Shown: in pieces, positions 1 through 9,309 of the stretch
Layout of the letters: every line of letters begins with the position of its first letter
Numbering within the stretch: position 1 is the stretch's first letter
IMG/VR virus record: IMGVR_UViG_3300043411_001904
Strand: one strand, 5' to 3'
Length of the DNA stretch: 64,000 nt
Source of the DNA: an uncultured virus (IMG/VR IMGVR_UViG_3300043411_001904)
Lineage: Duplodnaviria; Heunggongvirae; Uroviricota; Caudoviricetes
Translations under genes and position numbers: made by a program
Notes under the pieces: generated by a model
Told to the model about the DNA's origin: nothing
Seen by the model: the letters and a program-made list of their open reading frames with translations, nothing else
Database searches by the model: none

Positions 1-83
1 TGACACATTCAACCACATTCTAATAATTTTAGAAACTAAATAATGTGAAATTGTACTCATTCTATTTTATTAAATAACTCAAA

Positions 84-300
84 GTGACCTTAGCCTCGAT
101 TCTGTTTTATGAATACATTTATCTCATCTTTCGATGGTTAGATTTCTCTAACTGCCTCTACCCAACCTCACAGGGAAACCGACACCCTCAGTTTGTTCGA
201 GTTGCCACTTCCTTAGTAATATCGACTGTTTAGGTCTCCTAAGTTAGGTTTAGTGGTCAAGAGCTTCCTCTAATTGAATTAAAATTCAATCAGCGTATTC
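84..300 (-). ncRNA. Candidate structured RNA upstream of an ORF that runs off the left edge
   Basis: ORF-free, GC-richer than flanks. Minus-strand hairpins: TGATTGAATT/AATTCAATTA, TTAG-GAGA-CCTAA, GGCA.CTCG/TGAG..TGTC, GTTAGA-GAAA-TCTAAC, CATC-GAAA-GATG. The GNRA loops read correctly only on the minus strand. Confidence 0.5.
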
Positions 301-356
301 TTATCCTTTTCAAGTTATAATCATATTTAATGGATTTGAGCACTAATATATAAAAT

Positions 357-899
357 ATGTTCATTTTAACCAAAAAAAGCTTAGAAGATTATTTACTGAA
401 ATTTAAAATCCCAATAAGTGAATGGGGAAGTGGAAGCTCCAAAACAATAAACCATCTTCTAAAAGAAATAATAAGAGGAGAGACTAAGCTAATAGAAGAA
501 AATAATGATTTAATTAGAGAAGTAAGTGCTCTATCTATAATAGTAACATATAAAAATTTAATACTAAAAGAAGATTATCAAGAGTTTAATGATGGTCGAG
601 TACGAAGAAGAAAAATGGAAGCCTCTGTGGCTGAGAAAATGGACAAGAATGACAAAAATATAATTGAAAGTGTCAAAAGAGGAATCAAAGAAGAGCTAGA
701 TATTCATATTGACAGTGGCCAAATTTCTCAATTGGATGTTATATCTACCAACAGAGAATCAATGAGTTATCCAGGAATAATGTCAAAAATAACTCTTCAC
801 AAATTCCACATTGAATTAGATGAAAACCAATTCAATCCAGATGGATATGTAGAAGTACAAGAAGATAAAAAAACTGTCTTTAAATGGATAAGAAAATAA
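357..899 (+). CDS. Hypothetical protein, possibly Nudix-like fold
   Basis: 180 aa ORF; degenerate Nudix box (EKMDKND...ESVKRGIKEELDI); TAATATATA motif upstream. Confidence 0.5.
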   Translation: MFILTKKSLEDYLLKFKIPISEWGSGSSKTINHLLKEIIRGETKLIEENNDLIREVSALSIIVTYKNLILKEDYQEFNDGRVRRRKMEASVAEKMDKNDKNIIESVKRGIKEELDIHIDSGQISQLDVISTNRESMSYPGIMSKITLHKFHIELDENQFNPDGYVEVQEDKKTVFKWIRK

Positions 900-1624
900 T
901 TTTACTACTAATTATAATTCTGATCTTGTCGTGTAATATTCTTCGACCAAAAAAATCCGCTCGTACTGCCCAATCAAAAGAATTATCCAATGAATCAATA
1001 TATGATTCCACATATATTGAAGAATTAGATTCATATGTTGGTATCGGCTCTGGGTCAATAGTTGGATCATCTAGAACAATTGAATCCACAACATCTGAAA
1101 ATACACAAAATGAAAGTGTTCAAACAACTGAAGTAAAAAAAGAATTCGGACAAATAGTTTACAAAATACCCGATACAATGATAGTGTTAAAAAGCTATGA
1201 GATAGTCATAAGAATATCTAAGGGACAAAAGGTAAATATTGAAGAAAATCTAAACGGTAGAATAACCAAAAAGGAAATAAGAGTAGAATCTCGAATGGAG
1301 GTAAAGTTAAAAGATCCTGAAAGTAAATTTGAAATATCTGAAATAAACAAAGAAAGGCAATTAATTGAAGAAGATGAATTTACTGAATGGAGATTTGTAG
1401 TTATTCCTAAAAAAACAGGAAAATGTAAATTAAATCTAGTTGTGTCAATAATAATTGGTGAGGATACTAAAGAAATTGTATATGAAGACATAATTACGGT
1501 CAGATCCAATCCAACAGTGCAAGTAAAATCATGGTGGGAAGAAAATTGGAAATTAATGCTAGAACTAATACTTATACCACTATTTATATGGGGATACAAC
1601 AAATGGAAAAATAGAAAAAAATGA
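884..1624 (+). CDS. Hypothetical lipoprotein/membrane protein
   Basis: N-terminal hydrophobic stretch with LSC lipobox; C-terminal TM followed by basic tail. Confidence 0.55.
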   Translation: MDKKIILLLIIILILSCNILRPKKSARTAQSKELSNESIYDSTYIEELDSYVGIGSGSIVGSSRTIESTTSENTQNESVQTTEVKKEFGQIVYKIPDTMIVLKSYEIVIRISKGQKVNIEENLNGRITKKEIRVESRMEVKLKDPESKFEISEINKERQLIEEDEFTEWRFVVIPKKTGKCKLNLVVSIIIGEDTKEIVYEDIITVRSNPTVQVKSWWEENWKLMLELILIPLFIWGYNKWKNRKK

Positions 1625-2298
1625 AACACATAAAAAAATTCAATGAGAATATTGGGTCAGATAATACTGATAAAAATGACATCATAAGGATGATCAAAAA
1701 TGAGGATGATTTATATGAAGGTGATTTAAAAGCATATTTCAACTTAATAATGAAATCACCTAATGCATATGCTCCTTATCACAATGTTAGGCATATGCTT
1801 CATGTATTTTGGGAATCCTACGATGGAGCAATCTACATGAAACTAAATAAAAGAGAGATGAGAAATCTATTAATATCAGCTCTTTTCCATGATTACAACC
1901 ACATGGGAGTAAAGGGTGATGATTCTATAAACATAGAAAGAGCTTTTGAGGCACTAGATCAACATCTTCTCGAAGAAGATAGACCATACATCGATATAAT
2001 TAAAAAAACAATATCATCAACCAAATACCCATACAATCCCAATGAAAAATTCACAGAAAATGAGCTTATTTTAAGAGATGCTGATCAATCTCAAACATTT
2101 TCATCTGTGTGGATACAGAGTGTTCTGTACGGCCTAGGAAAAGAATTAGAGATGACATATGAGCAAATGCTAAGGTTACAAATCCCATTCTTAGAAAATA
2201 TGAAATTTTATACAAAATGGGGACTAAGTAGATTCCAACCATTAATAAATCCCAGGATAAGAATGGTAAAGAACATGATATCATTAATTGAGGATTGA
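1621..2298 (+). CDS. HD-superfamily phosphohydrolase (class I PDE-like)
   Basis: Motifs PYHNxxH, ALFHDYNHxG, LRDAD; N-terminal MKHIKKFNE motif. Confidence 0.7.
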   Translation: MKHIKKFNENIGSDNTDKNDIIRMIKNEDDLYEGDLKAYFNLIMKSPNAYAPYHNVRHMLHVFWESYDGAIYMKLNKREMRNLLISALFHDYNHMGVKGDDSINIERAFEALDQHLLEEDRPYIDIIKKTISSTKYPYNPNEKFTENELILRDADQSQTFSSVWIQSVLYGLGKELEMTYEQMLRLQIPFLENMKFYTKWGLSRFQPLINPRIRMVKNMISLIED

Positions 2299-2411
2299 CA
2301 AGGCCTTTAACTAATCCACACCTCTGAAAACCTTGTCTTTTATGGGTTTCTAATAGCAATATATAATGAAAAGTCTTATGCGGCAAGACTTTTATCAAAA
2401 ATAAAACGCAA

Positions 2412-5066
2412 ATGAAACTATTATTAACTATAATATCAATTCTAATATCTCTATGCTGTAAATCAACAATCTATTACATTTCTCCTAGCGGAAATGACTC
2501 AAACTCAGGGACATCCATAACTACACCATGGAAAACAATAAATAGAGCTAACTCAAATTCTTACACTTTTCAACCAGGAGATCAAATTCTTTTCGAAAAA
2601 AGTGGAGTATACAGAGGGTTTTTATTAATTGGATCTTCCGGGAACGCAACAAACCAAATAACTGTGTCATCATATGGATCAGGAGATGATCCAATTTTTC
2701 TAGGAAGTGATCCAGCAATTAATTGGACACTACATAGTGGAAACATTTGGAAAACACAAATGCCAAGAATATATAATATTTTCTGTGAAGGAGAATTGAT
2801 GAACTTGGCTAGATATCCAAATTCTGGATGGCTACATAATGATCTAGGAACCAATAATAGAATAAATGATTCTGAATTAACTCAATCTTCTGGATATTGG
2901 AATGGATCAACCATTGTTGTAAGATCATCAGGATGGAGCTATGATACCGCAAGGGTAACTAGCTATACGCCTGGGGTATTAAATTTCACAACCATTGGTC
3001 ATAGTTTGCTCACATATGAATGGGGATATTTTATTCAAAATAAATTCTCTGAATTAAATTCTCCCGGTGAATGGTTTTGGGATTCATCCACACAAACATT
3101 ATATTTTTGGCCACCAAATGGAACAAACCCAAATAACTTAAACATAGAATGTGTTACTAATGCAACTCAATATGCCTCAGGAGTACGAACCTCTTGGATG
3201 AAAAATTATGTAACTATCTCAGGAATAGATTTCCGAAACTACATTAAATCAGGAGTCAGTACATCCGGAGGTAATTGGATAACAATATCAAATTGCAAAT
3301 TTGATCATTGCGGAACTCCATTATATCTATATGGAAACAATCAAAATGTCTCGAATAATTTTATAACTAGAACACTTAAAACATCCATATTTGTAGTATC
3401 TGGACCAGATGGCGGAAATAACAATATAATACAAGAAAACACCATAATAAATTGTTCCTTATATCCTGGACAAGGAGAATCTTGGGGATATTTCGGAATA
3501 AGGCTAGATGGAAATAATAATATAATTAGAAAAAATAGACTTATTAACATTGGATACATTGGGATAGTTTTTGGTGGTAATTGTCTAGTCGAAAACAACT
3601 TTATACAAAGGGCTTGTTCAATACTCAACGATGGATCAGGAATAGCCTTTGACACATCTGACGGTGGTATTGTAAGAAAAAATATTGTTCTGTCCACAAC
3701 TGGAAATACCGAAAGTTGTGCGCAAGATTATAATGGATGTGATCCAAAAGGCAAAGGAATATACTTCGGAAACATATCCAATAAAAATATTGTTGTAGAA
3801 GAAAATACAGTAGCTTATTGCAATGGGGCAGGAATATGGGTTGATAATACTATGGTTTCTCAAAACAATATAGTTAGAAATAATCACCTATTCGGAAACA
3901 ATTTATATCAAATCGGATTCTCAGACTATTCAAATTATAATGGTCCAGGAGCTACCTCTCCATACATCGTCACAACATATAATCACACCATTCAAGGAAA
4001 TATACTTTATTCAAACGATCCTCTACAAAAGACCATGTTTCATCTGAACAAATGGTATTCAAATGTTGATTATGGAACATTTACCGATAATTATTATGTA
4101 AATCCATGGGATACAATAAATATTCAAATAAACAACTTACCACTATCCGTGACCACGAATCATTCACTATCTTCCTGGTCAGCTGTCCGAGGAGATGATT
4201 TGAATTCAAATAATTCTCCATATATGCCTCAATCCACTATAGATGACCATACAGTAGTATACAATGATCAACTATCTACACAAGTGATTGGTATACCATC
4301 AGGACTTTGGAGTGATGTCTACGGAAACACCTACACCAATAATATTCAATTACAACCATTTGAATCTAAAATTATATTCAGGTCTGCTTCTACTACTTCA
4401 TATTTTAAGGTTAAAATATTCTTAGATGGTCCAATGAATTGGGCAACTTTAACAATGAATAAAAATGTGACAATACCACCAACAAATCCATATCAAACTC
4501 CTGAAGTACTAGACTACCCACAATCTGATATAGTCGATTGGATAAAAATGGACTTAGTAAGTTCCCAAAATCAAATATTAGAATCTAAGTCCTTTTTATT
4601 AAGAAGGGATGGTCAAGTACTAACAAACAATGGATCCGAAAATCTAACATTCAATCAATCATTTGATGGTAAATATCTAATAATTCGACACAGAAATCAT
4701 TTACCAATAAAATCAAATACCACAATTTCCGAAGGCAACCTATCAGACTTCACACAAGCAAGTTTAAACAATATCTGGGGGATCAACCCAACAAAAATTG
4801 TTGGTGCTCGTCGATCATTATGGTCAGGAGACGTGAATCAGGATGGAATGGTTAAATACGTAGGGAGTGGAAACGATAGAGATCCAATATTAGTTTTAAT
4901 TGGGGGATCCATACCAACTGAAATAGTTTATGGTGGATATCATAGCGAAGATGTTAATATGGATGGAATGGTTAAATATACCGGAGCCAATAATGACAAA
5001 GATATAATATTAATGAACATTGGCGGATCCTTACCCACCAATGTTACATATCAACAATTGCCATAA
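2412..5066 (+). CDS. Secreted right-handed beta-helix (pectin-lyase-like) protein with C-terminal dockerin/EF-hand-like repeats
   Basis: Signal peptide; YYISPSGNDSNSG..PWKTI start; Asn-rich PbH repeats; duplicated D-V-N-x-D-G-M-V-K-Y-x-G motif as in Flavobacteriales surface proteins. Confidence 0.75.
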   Translation: MKLLLTIISILISLCCKSTIYYISPSGNDSNSGTSITTPWKTINRANSNSYTFQPGDQILFEKSGVYRGFLLIGSSGNATNQITVSSYGSGDDPIFLGSDPAINWTLHSGNIWKTQMPRIYNIFCEGELMNLARYPNSGWLHNDLGTNNRINDSELTQSSGYWNGSTIVVRSSGWSYDTARVTSYTPGVLNFTTIGHSLLTYEWGYFIQNKFSELNSPGEWFWDSSTQTLYFWPPNGTNPNNLNIECVTNATQYASGVRTSWMKNYVTISGIDFRNYIKSGVSTSGGNWITISNCKFDHCGTPLYLYGNNQNVSNNFITRTLKTSIFVVSGPDGGNNNIIQENTIINCSLYPGQGESWGYFGIRLDGNNNIIRKNRLINIGYIGIVFGGNCLVENNFIQRACSILNDGSGIAFDTSDGGIVRKNIVLSTTGNTESCAQDYNGCDPKGKGIYFGNISNKNIVVEENTVAYCNGAGIWVDNTMVSQNNIVRNNHLFGNNLYQIGFSDYSNYNGPGATSPYIVTTYNHTIQGNILYSNDPLQKTMFHLNKWYSNVDYGTFTDNYYVNPWDTINIQINNLPLSVTTNHSLSSWSAVRGDDLNSNNSPYMPQSTIDDHTVVYNDQLSTQVIGIPSGLWSDVYGNTYTNNIQLQPFESKIIFRSASTTSYFKVKIFLDGPMNWATLTMNKNVTIPPTNPYQTPEVLDYPQSDIVDWIKMDLVSSQNQILESKSFLLRRDGQVLTNNGSENLTFNQSFDGKYLIIRHRNHLPIKSNTTISEGNLSDFTQASLNNIWGINPTKIVGARRSLWSGDVNQDGMVKYVGSGNDRDPILVLIGGSIPTEIVYGGYHSEDVNMDGMVKYTGANNDKDIILMNIGGSLPTNVTYQQLP

Positions 5067-6716
5067 TTAAAATCCTTCCTTCAAAGAAACAGATCTATTA
5101 AAGGATAGACCATCTTTATCAAGTGCGTAATATCCTTTTCTCATCATTTGAACACCCTCACCAACTTTTATATCCAAAATGGATGGTTCAAAAAAACCAT
5201 CTCGAACAACTAAAGATTCCTTATTCAGGTGATCCAAAAAGTCTTTATCACCACCATCAGGATTTGGATGATCAAAAAGAACATCATAGTCATTAACACT
5301 TCTCTTAACAGCAGAAGGCTCATAAACCCAATGTATAGTACCTTTAACCTTTCTATCAACCAATTCCCCAGATTTTGTTTCAGGATCATAATCACAGATA
5401 ACTTCGGTAATTTTTCCATCAACCTCAATACAATCCACAGCCTTAACAATATAGGCGCCCTTTAGTCTAACCTCACCACCAAGCTTAAGTCTGTGATACT
5501 TTGAGTTAGCCTCTTTTCTAAAATCTTCCGATTCAATCCAAAGAGAATTTCCAAATGGAATAAGCCTAGACCCCATATTTGGATCTTCAGGATTATTTTC
5601 CACACTAACCATTTCCACACCACCAACCCAATTGCGAATAGTCAATTTAATTGGATCCATAACACCCATAATTCTTTTCGATTTCTTATTCAAATCTTCT
5701 CTCAAACATTCTTCTAATAAAAGGTGACTAATCAAAGATTCTCTCTTAGTGACACCAACTTTATCGCAAAAATTTCTTATAGATTCAGGTGTATATCCTC
5801 TTCTTCTAAGTCCAGATAAAGTAGGAAGTCTTGGATCATCCCAACCATCAACAATTCCCTCATCAGATAGTGTTTTAATTTTTCTCTTACTCATAATAGA
5901 ATAGTCTAGATTCAATCGAGCAAATTCTGTTTCTTCAGGCAAATTTCCTGAGAGATCACAATTCATCAAAACCCACATATAAAGTGGTCTATGAACTTCA
6001 AATTCAAGAGTACAAAGAGAATCTGTAATTTCTTCAAAGTAGTCACACAATGGATGTGCAAAATCATACATTGGATAGATTTTCCACTCAGTTCCCGTCC
6101 TGTGATGTGGACTATCAATTATTCTATATATGACAGGATCTCTCATGATCATATTAGGATGAGACATATCAATTTTAGCTCTGATTGTCATAGACCCTTC
6201 AGAAAACTCTCCCATCTTCATTCTCTCAATAAGATCTGAATTTAATTCAGGATCCATATTTCTATATGGTGAGTTGACACCGGGTGATGTTGTAGTTCCT
6301 TTCATCAAAGCAATTTCTTCAGAAGAAGAAAGATCAACATATACCAACCCCTTTTTAGCCAAAACCATTAGCTTCTCATAAATAAAATCAAAATAATCTG
6401 ATGTATATGTAATTCTGCTTGGCCTAAATCCCAACCACTCTATATCCTTTAACATAGACTCCACATACTCCGATTCCTCAGTGGATGGATTAGTATCATC
6501 AAATCTAAGTATACATGGAGCACCATACTTTTCAGCTAGTCCAAAATTTAAACACATAGCCTTAGCATGACCAAGATGAAGACCTGAATTATATTTTACA
6601 GTCTCCATCCCATCAATTATAGACACAACCTTTGTGCCATTAGGCTCTGGTGGAAATCTTAGCTTTAGCTTATCAAGATTTCCCTTCTTTACTATCTTTT
6701 CCTCTATGAAGTTCAT
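5067..6716 (-). CDS. glnS: Glutaminyl-tRNA synthetase
   Basis: RFPPEPNG, HLGH (HIGH), RFDDTNP, YPMYDFAH, CTLEF, MSKR, GWDDPRLPT, GEVRL, KGTIHWV. Confidence 0.95.
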   Translation of the reverse strand: MNFIEEKIVKKGNLDKLKLRFPPEPNGTKVVSIIDGMETVKYNSGLHLGHAKAMCLNFGLAEKYGAPCILRFDDTNPSTEESEYVESMLKDIEWLGFRPSRITYTSDYFDFIYEKLMVLAKKGLVYVDLSSSEEIALMKGTTTSPGVNSPYRNMDPELNSDLIERMKMGEFSEGSMTIRAKIDMSHPNMIMRDPVIYRIIDSPHHRTGTEWKIYPMYDFAHPLCDYFEEITDSLCTLEFEVHRPLYMWVLMNCDLSGNLPEETEFARLNLDYSIMSKRKIKTLSDEGIVDGWDDPRLPTLSGLRRRGYTPESIRNFCDKVGVTKRESLISHLLLEECLREDLNKKSKRIMGVMDPIKLTIRNWVGGVEMVSVENNPEDPNMGSRLIPFGNSLWIESEDFRKEANSKYHRLKLGGEVRLKGAYIVKAVDCIEVDGKITEVICDYDPETKSGELVDRKVKGTIHWVYEPSAVKRSVNDYDVLFDHPNPDGGDKDFLDHLNKESLVVRDGFFEPSILDIKVGEGVQMMRKGYYALDKDGLSFNRSVSLKEGF

Positions 6717-6857
6717 TTTCTTTTAGTATTTCATTTATTTTATCATCCCTTAATTTCTTTCTATCGTCACTAAACTCTTTCTCTAGAAAACACATAACAC
6801 AATCAATATAAGAATTTCCGGGATGTTTCCCACATTCACCATAAACAATTTGATCAT

Positions 6858-7100
6858 TCATTTCTGATCACTAATTTCCCTTGTTAGAATTTCTTCTACC
6901 CACTCACCAATTTTTATGCCCTTCTTAGCGCAGAATTTTTTTATACAAGAGTGAACATCCGAAGAAACAGTTATTGTCTTTATTTTCTTGGCCTTGGATT
7001 TCTTTTTAAGAATAACATCTTCCAACTTCGAGATCTGATCTTGAAGTCCGCGAATTTTCTTATCGCTATCCATGTCATTTTGCTTTTTCATTACTATCAA
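6858..7100 (-). CDS. Small putative ribbon-helix-helix DNA-binding protein
   Basis: KTITVSSDVHSCIKKFC..KGIKIGEWVE pattern. Confidence 0.45.
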   Translation of the reverse strand: MIVMKKQNDMDSDKKIRGLQDQISKLEDVILKKKSKAKKIKTITVSSDVHSCIKKFCAKKGIKIGEWVEEILTREISDQK

Positions 7101-7170
7101 TTTGTACTTATATAATTATTTTATAAAAAGTTATAAATTGATTAAGATCTAAGGATTAGTAAAATAGTTA

Positions 7171-7356
7171 CTAAATATGAACACCACTAAGATATCCAAA
7201 AACTCCAAAAACGTTTAGGAGCCATATAATCGTACCAACCACAGCTACGAAGTTAAGGATTTTCTTAATCTTTCCATCCATAGGAATATAGGTATTAATT
7301 AGATATAACAGGACTCCTATTATAGCCACTATAATTATAATTTTAAGTATGCTCAT
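7171..7356 (-). CDS. Small two-TM membrane protein (Thivi_2564-like)
   Basis: LLYLINTYIPMDGKIKKILN between two hydrophobic helices. Confidence 0.6.
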   Translation of the reverse strand: MSILKIIIIVAIIGVLLYLINTYIPMDGKIKKILNFVAVVGTIIWLLNVFGVFGYLSGVHI

Positions 7357-7385
7357 AATGATTATACATATATTACGTAATTAGT

Positions 7386-7826
7386 TCACTTTAAAAGTCC
7401 TTTCAAATCTGAAATTTCCTTAACAATTTTTGAATTTATAATTTCAGACCTCGACATGGACTTCTTCTTATTTACCAATTCTTTCATTTTCTTACGAATA
7501 GTTCTATTATCTTCCAATCTCTTTAATTCTTTGTCCTCTGAAGCAATAAAACTACCAATTCCATTTAAAAAAGATCCAGATTCAAAATAAACTACTTCAG
7601 ATCTGTTGTGCTCAGAAATATCACTCATGTATCCATCATACCCATACATAATGGTTGAATTTTTAGAATTCAAATCTTTAATGAATTTATTCAATAATTT
7701 ATTATCATCAAGATCAATATCAAATTCTCCGATCTTAACGTGATATGAATATGTTGATTCCATCTCATAATAGTAATCAAAATCAAATTCTGTTGCGGTC
7801 GCATAAACAAATATTTTATATTTCAT
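7386..7826 (-). CDS. Hypothetical protein
   Basis: 146 aa ORF directly downstream of the tRNA-Gln cluster. Confidence 0.55.
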   Translation of the reverse strand: MKYKIFVYATATEFDFDYYYEMESTYSYHVKIGEFDIDLDDNKLLNKFIKDLNSKNSTIMYGYDGYMSDISEHNRSEVVYFESGSFLNGIGSFIASEDKELKRLEDNRTIRKKMKELVNKKKSMSRSEIINSKIVKEISDLKGLLK

Positions 7827-7842
7827 TTTAGTTAGGTGTTAG

Positions 7843-7915
7843 ATGAGGAAATGGGACTTGAACCCATATCTTCGGAGCCAGAATCCGAAATCATAACCAA
7901 TTAGACTATTCCTCA
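7843..7915 (-). tRNA. tRNA-Gln(CUG)
   Basis: TGAGGAA/TTCCTCA acceptor; anticodon arm TCGGA-TTCTGGC-TCCGA; T arm ATGGG-TTCAAGT-CCCAT. Confidence 0.9.
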
Positions 7916-7921
7916 ATTTTG

Positions 7922-8005
7922 CTACGGAAGTAGGACTCGAACCTACACAGGACTTTCGTCCAACTGGGGCCAAAACCCAGCGCCATGCCATTAGGCGATT
8001 CCGCA
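7922..8005 (-). tRNA. tRNA-Gln(UUG) with long variable arm
   Basis: CTGGG-TTTTGGC-CCCAG anticodon arm; variable arm GGAC-GAAA-GTCC; T arm GTAGG-TTCGAGT-CCTAC. Confidence 0.85.
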
Positions 8006-8012
8006 ATTTTAG

Positions 8013-8083
8013 ATGCCTGACCTGGATTCGAACCAGGGATAAGTGAGCCAAAATCACTTGTGTTACCACTACACTATCAGGCA
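8013..8083 (-). tRNA. tRNA-Gln(UUG)
   Basis: TGCCTGA/TCAGGCA acceptor; AGTGA-TTTTGGC-TCACT; CCTGG-TTCGAAT-CCAGG. Confidence 0.92.
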
Positions 8084-8085
8084 AT

Positions 8086-8130
8086 AAAAAAACAAAAAAC
8101 CGATCAATTTTGAGATTGATCGGTTTTTTG
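8086..8130 (-). terminator. Intrinsic terminator (attenuator) upstream of the tRNA-Gln cluster
   Basis: AAAAAACCGATCAAT-CTCAAA-ATTGATCGGTTTTTT followed by GTTTTTTT. Confidence 0.85.
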
Positions 8131-8150
8131 AGTATTTTTTGGACAATACT

Positions 8151-8210
8151 TTACCTCTCAATCTGTCGATTGCTTTGCTGAGGTTGCTGGTATGTTCCGT
8201 TGAAGTTCAT
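8151..8210 (-). CDS. Gln-rich leader peptide MNFNGTYQQPQQSNRQIER
   Basis: 19-codon ORF with 5 Gln codons (CAG x3, CAA x2); 3' end complementary to the terminator 5' arm. Confidence 0.8.
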   Translation of the reverse strand: MNFNGTYQQPQQSNRQIER

Positions 8211-8224
8211 TGTTGTATATATTA

Positions 8225-8232
8225 CAAATATA
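8225..8232 (-). promoter_or_regulatory. Bacteroidota-type -7 promoter box (TATATTTG)
   Basis: Matches TAnnTTTG, 14 nt upstream of the leader ATG; -33 box only TTCG. Confidence 0.6.
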
Positions 8233-8783
8233 ATATTTGTTTTTAACAATTCGAATCTATGTAAGTATTAATTTTTCCACTTTCCCAAGTATCCAATAAA
8301 GAGAAGGCTTCCTCTTCAGTTAACTTTCTAATTCCACAATGAAATGGAGAACAATCTCCTTCTACACCAATTAAAAGAGAAATCCCAACTATAGAATCAT
8401 TTTCATAGTCAACTGATACGCAAAGATTTGGATGATACCTACAATCCTCGTAATATTCTCCGATTTTTATTTCCATAATACAAATATAACACTAAACATT
8501 AAATAATACAATTTAACCTATCATCCCTGATTTCATCAATTGTCTTGAAAAATTTATTTCCAAAATCATCATATTCATAAAATGGACTAATTCTAACACC
8601 AATACAGGGAATATCACGAGATATTCTAAGAAATGAAGTGTTTGGTTTATCACACCCAATAACTTTAACATCATTGGAATTTACTCTCTCAATTAAATCA
8701 TACTCCTTACCAACTTCCATCGTAAGATAAGGCCGAACACAAATAACTTTCATTTCACAAAAATACTAATATTTTACAAATAT

Positions 8784-9299
8784 TCAAAATTTATATTTTA
8801 AATAAATCCTTGCTCCCCATTTTTCTTCATCATTGACCCAATTTCCATTTTCACCATCACGACCAATCTCAACATAACCAGCATCCACAAGGTCATAATT
8901 TGTTAGCTGTTCAATTTTTTGAATGAAACTAGTATTTTTTAGACTATTAATCAACTCTTTCTTTAAACTTTGTATCTTTTCTCTGTTCTTATCATCAGCT
9001 CTTCCACGTAATCTTATTCCATTATAGATTAAATTCACGATTGATTTCGAGTTGTAAATAATATTTGCAAATTCACTAAGATCTGATCCAACTTTATGAG
9101 TAAGAAGTATTTCAACAAAATACTTTTCCTTGCCCCTCATTTTCATGATGTACGAATCGATATGCATATCACTAGGAGACACCTTATAATCAAATTCGTA
9201 ATCAAATTCTATATCTTGAACAATATCTTCAAGTGTATCAAAATCACGATCTAAATCACCATTGGGATTAAAACTATCAAAGAGTTTAAGATGATCCAT
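8784..9299 (-). CDS. Hypothetical protein with N-terminal MDHLKLFDSF motif
   Basis: 171 aa ORF; AATATATA upstream. Confidence 0.6.
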   Translation of the reverse strand: MDHLKLFDSFNPNGDLDRDFDTLEDIVQDIEFDYEFDYKVSPSDMHIDSYIMKMRGKEKYFVEILLTHKVGSDLSEFANIIYNSKSIVNLIYNGIRLRGRADDKNREKIQSLKKELINSLKNTSFIQKIEQLTNYDLVDAGYVEIGRDGENGNWVNDEEKWGARIYLKYKF

Positions 9300-9309
9300 T
9301 TATTATATA

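Noticed and set aside
7839..8084. 81-aa ORF on the minus strand
   Set aside because: Lies entirely over three tRNA-Gln genes.
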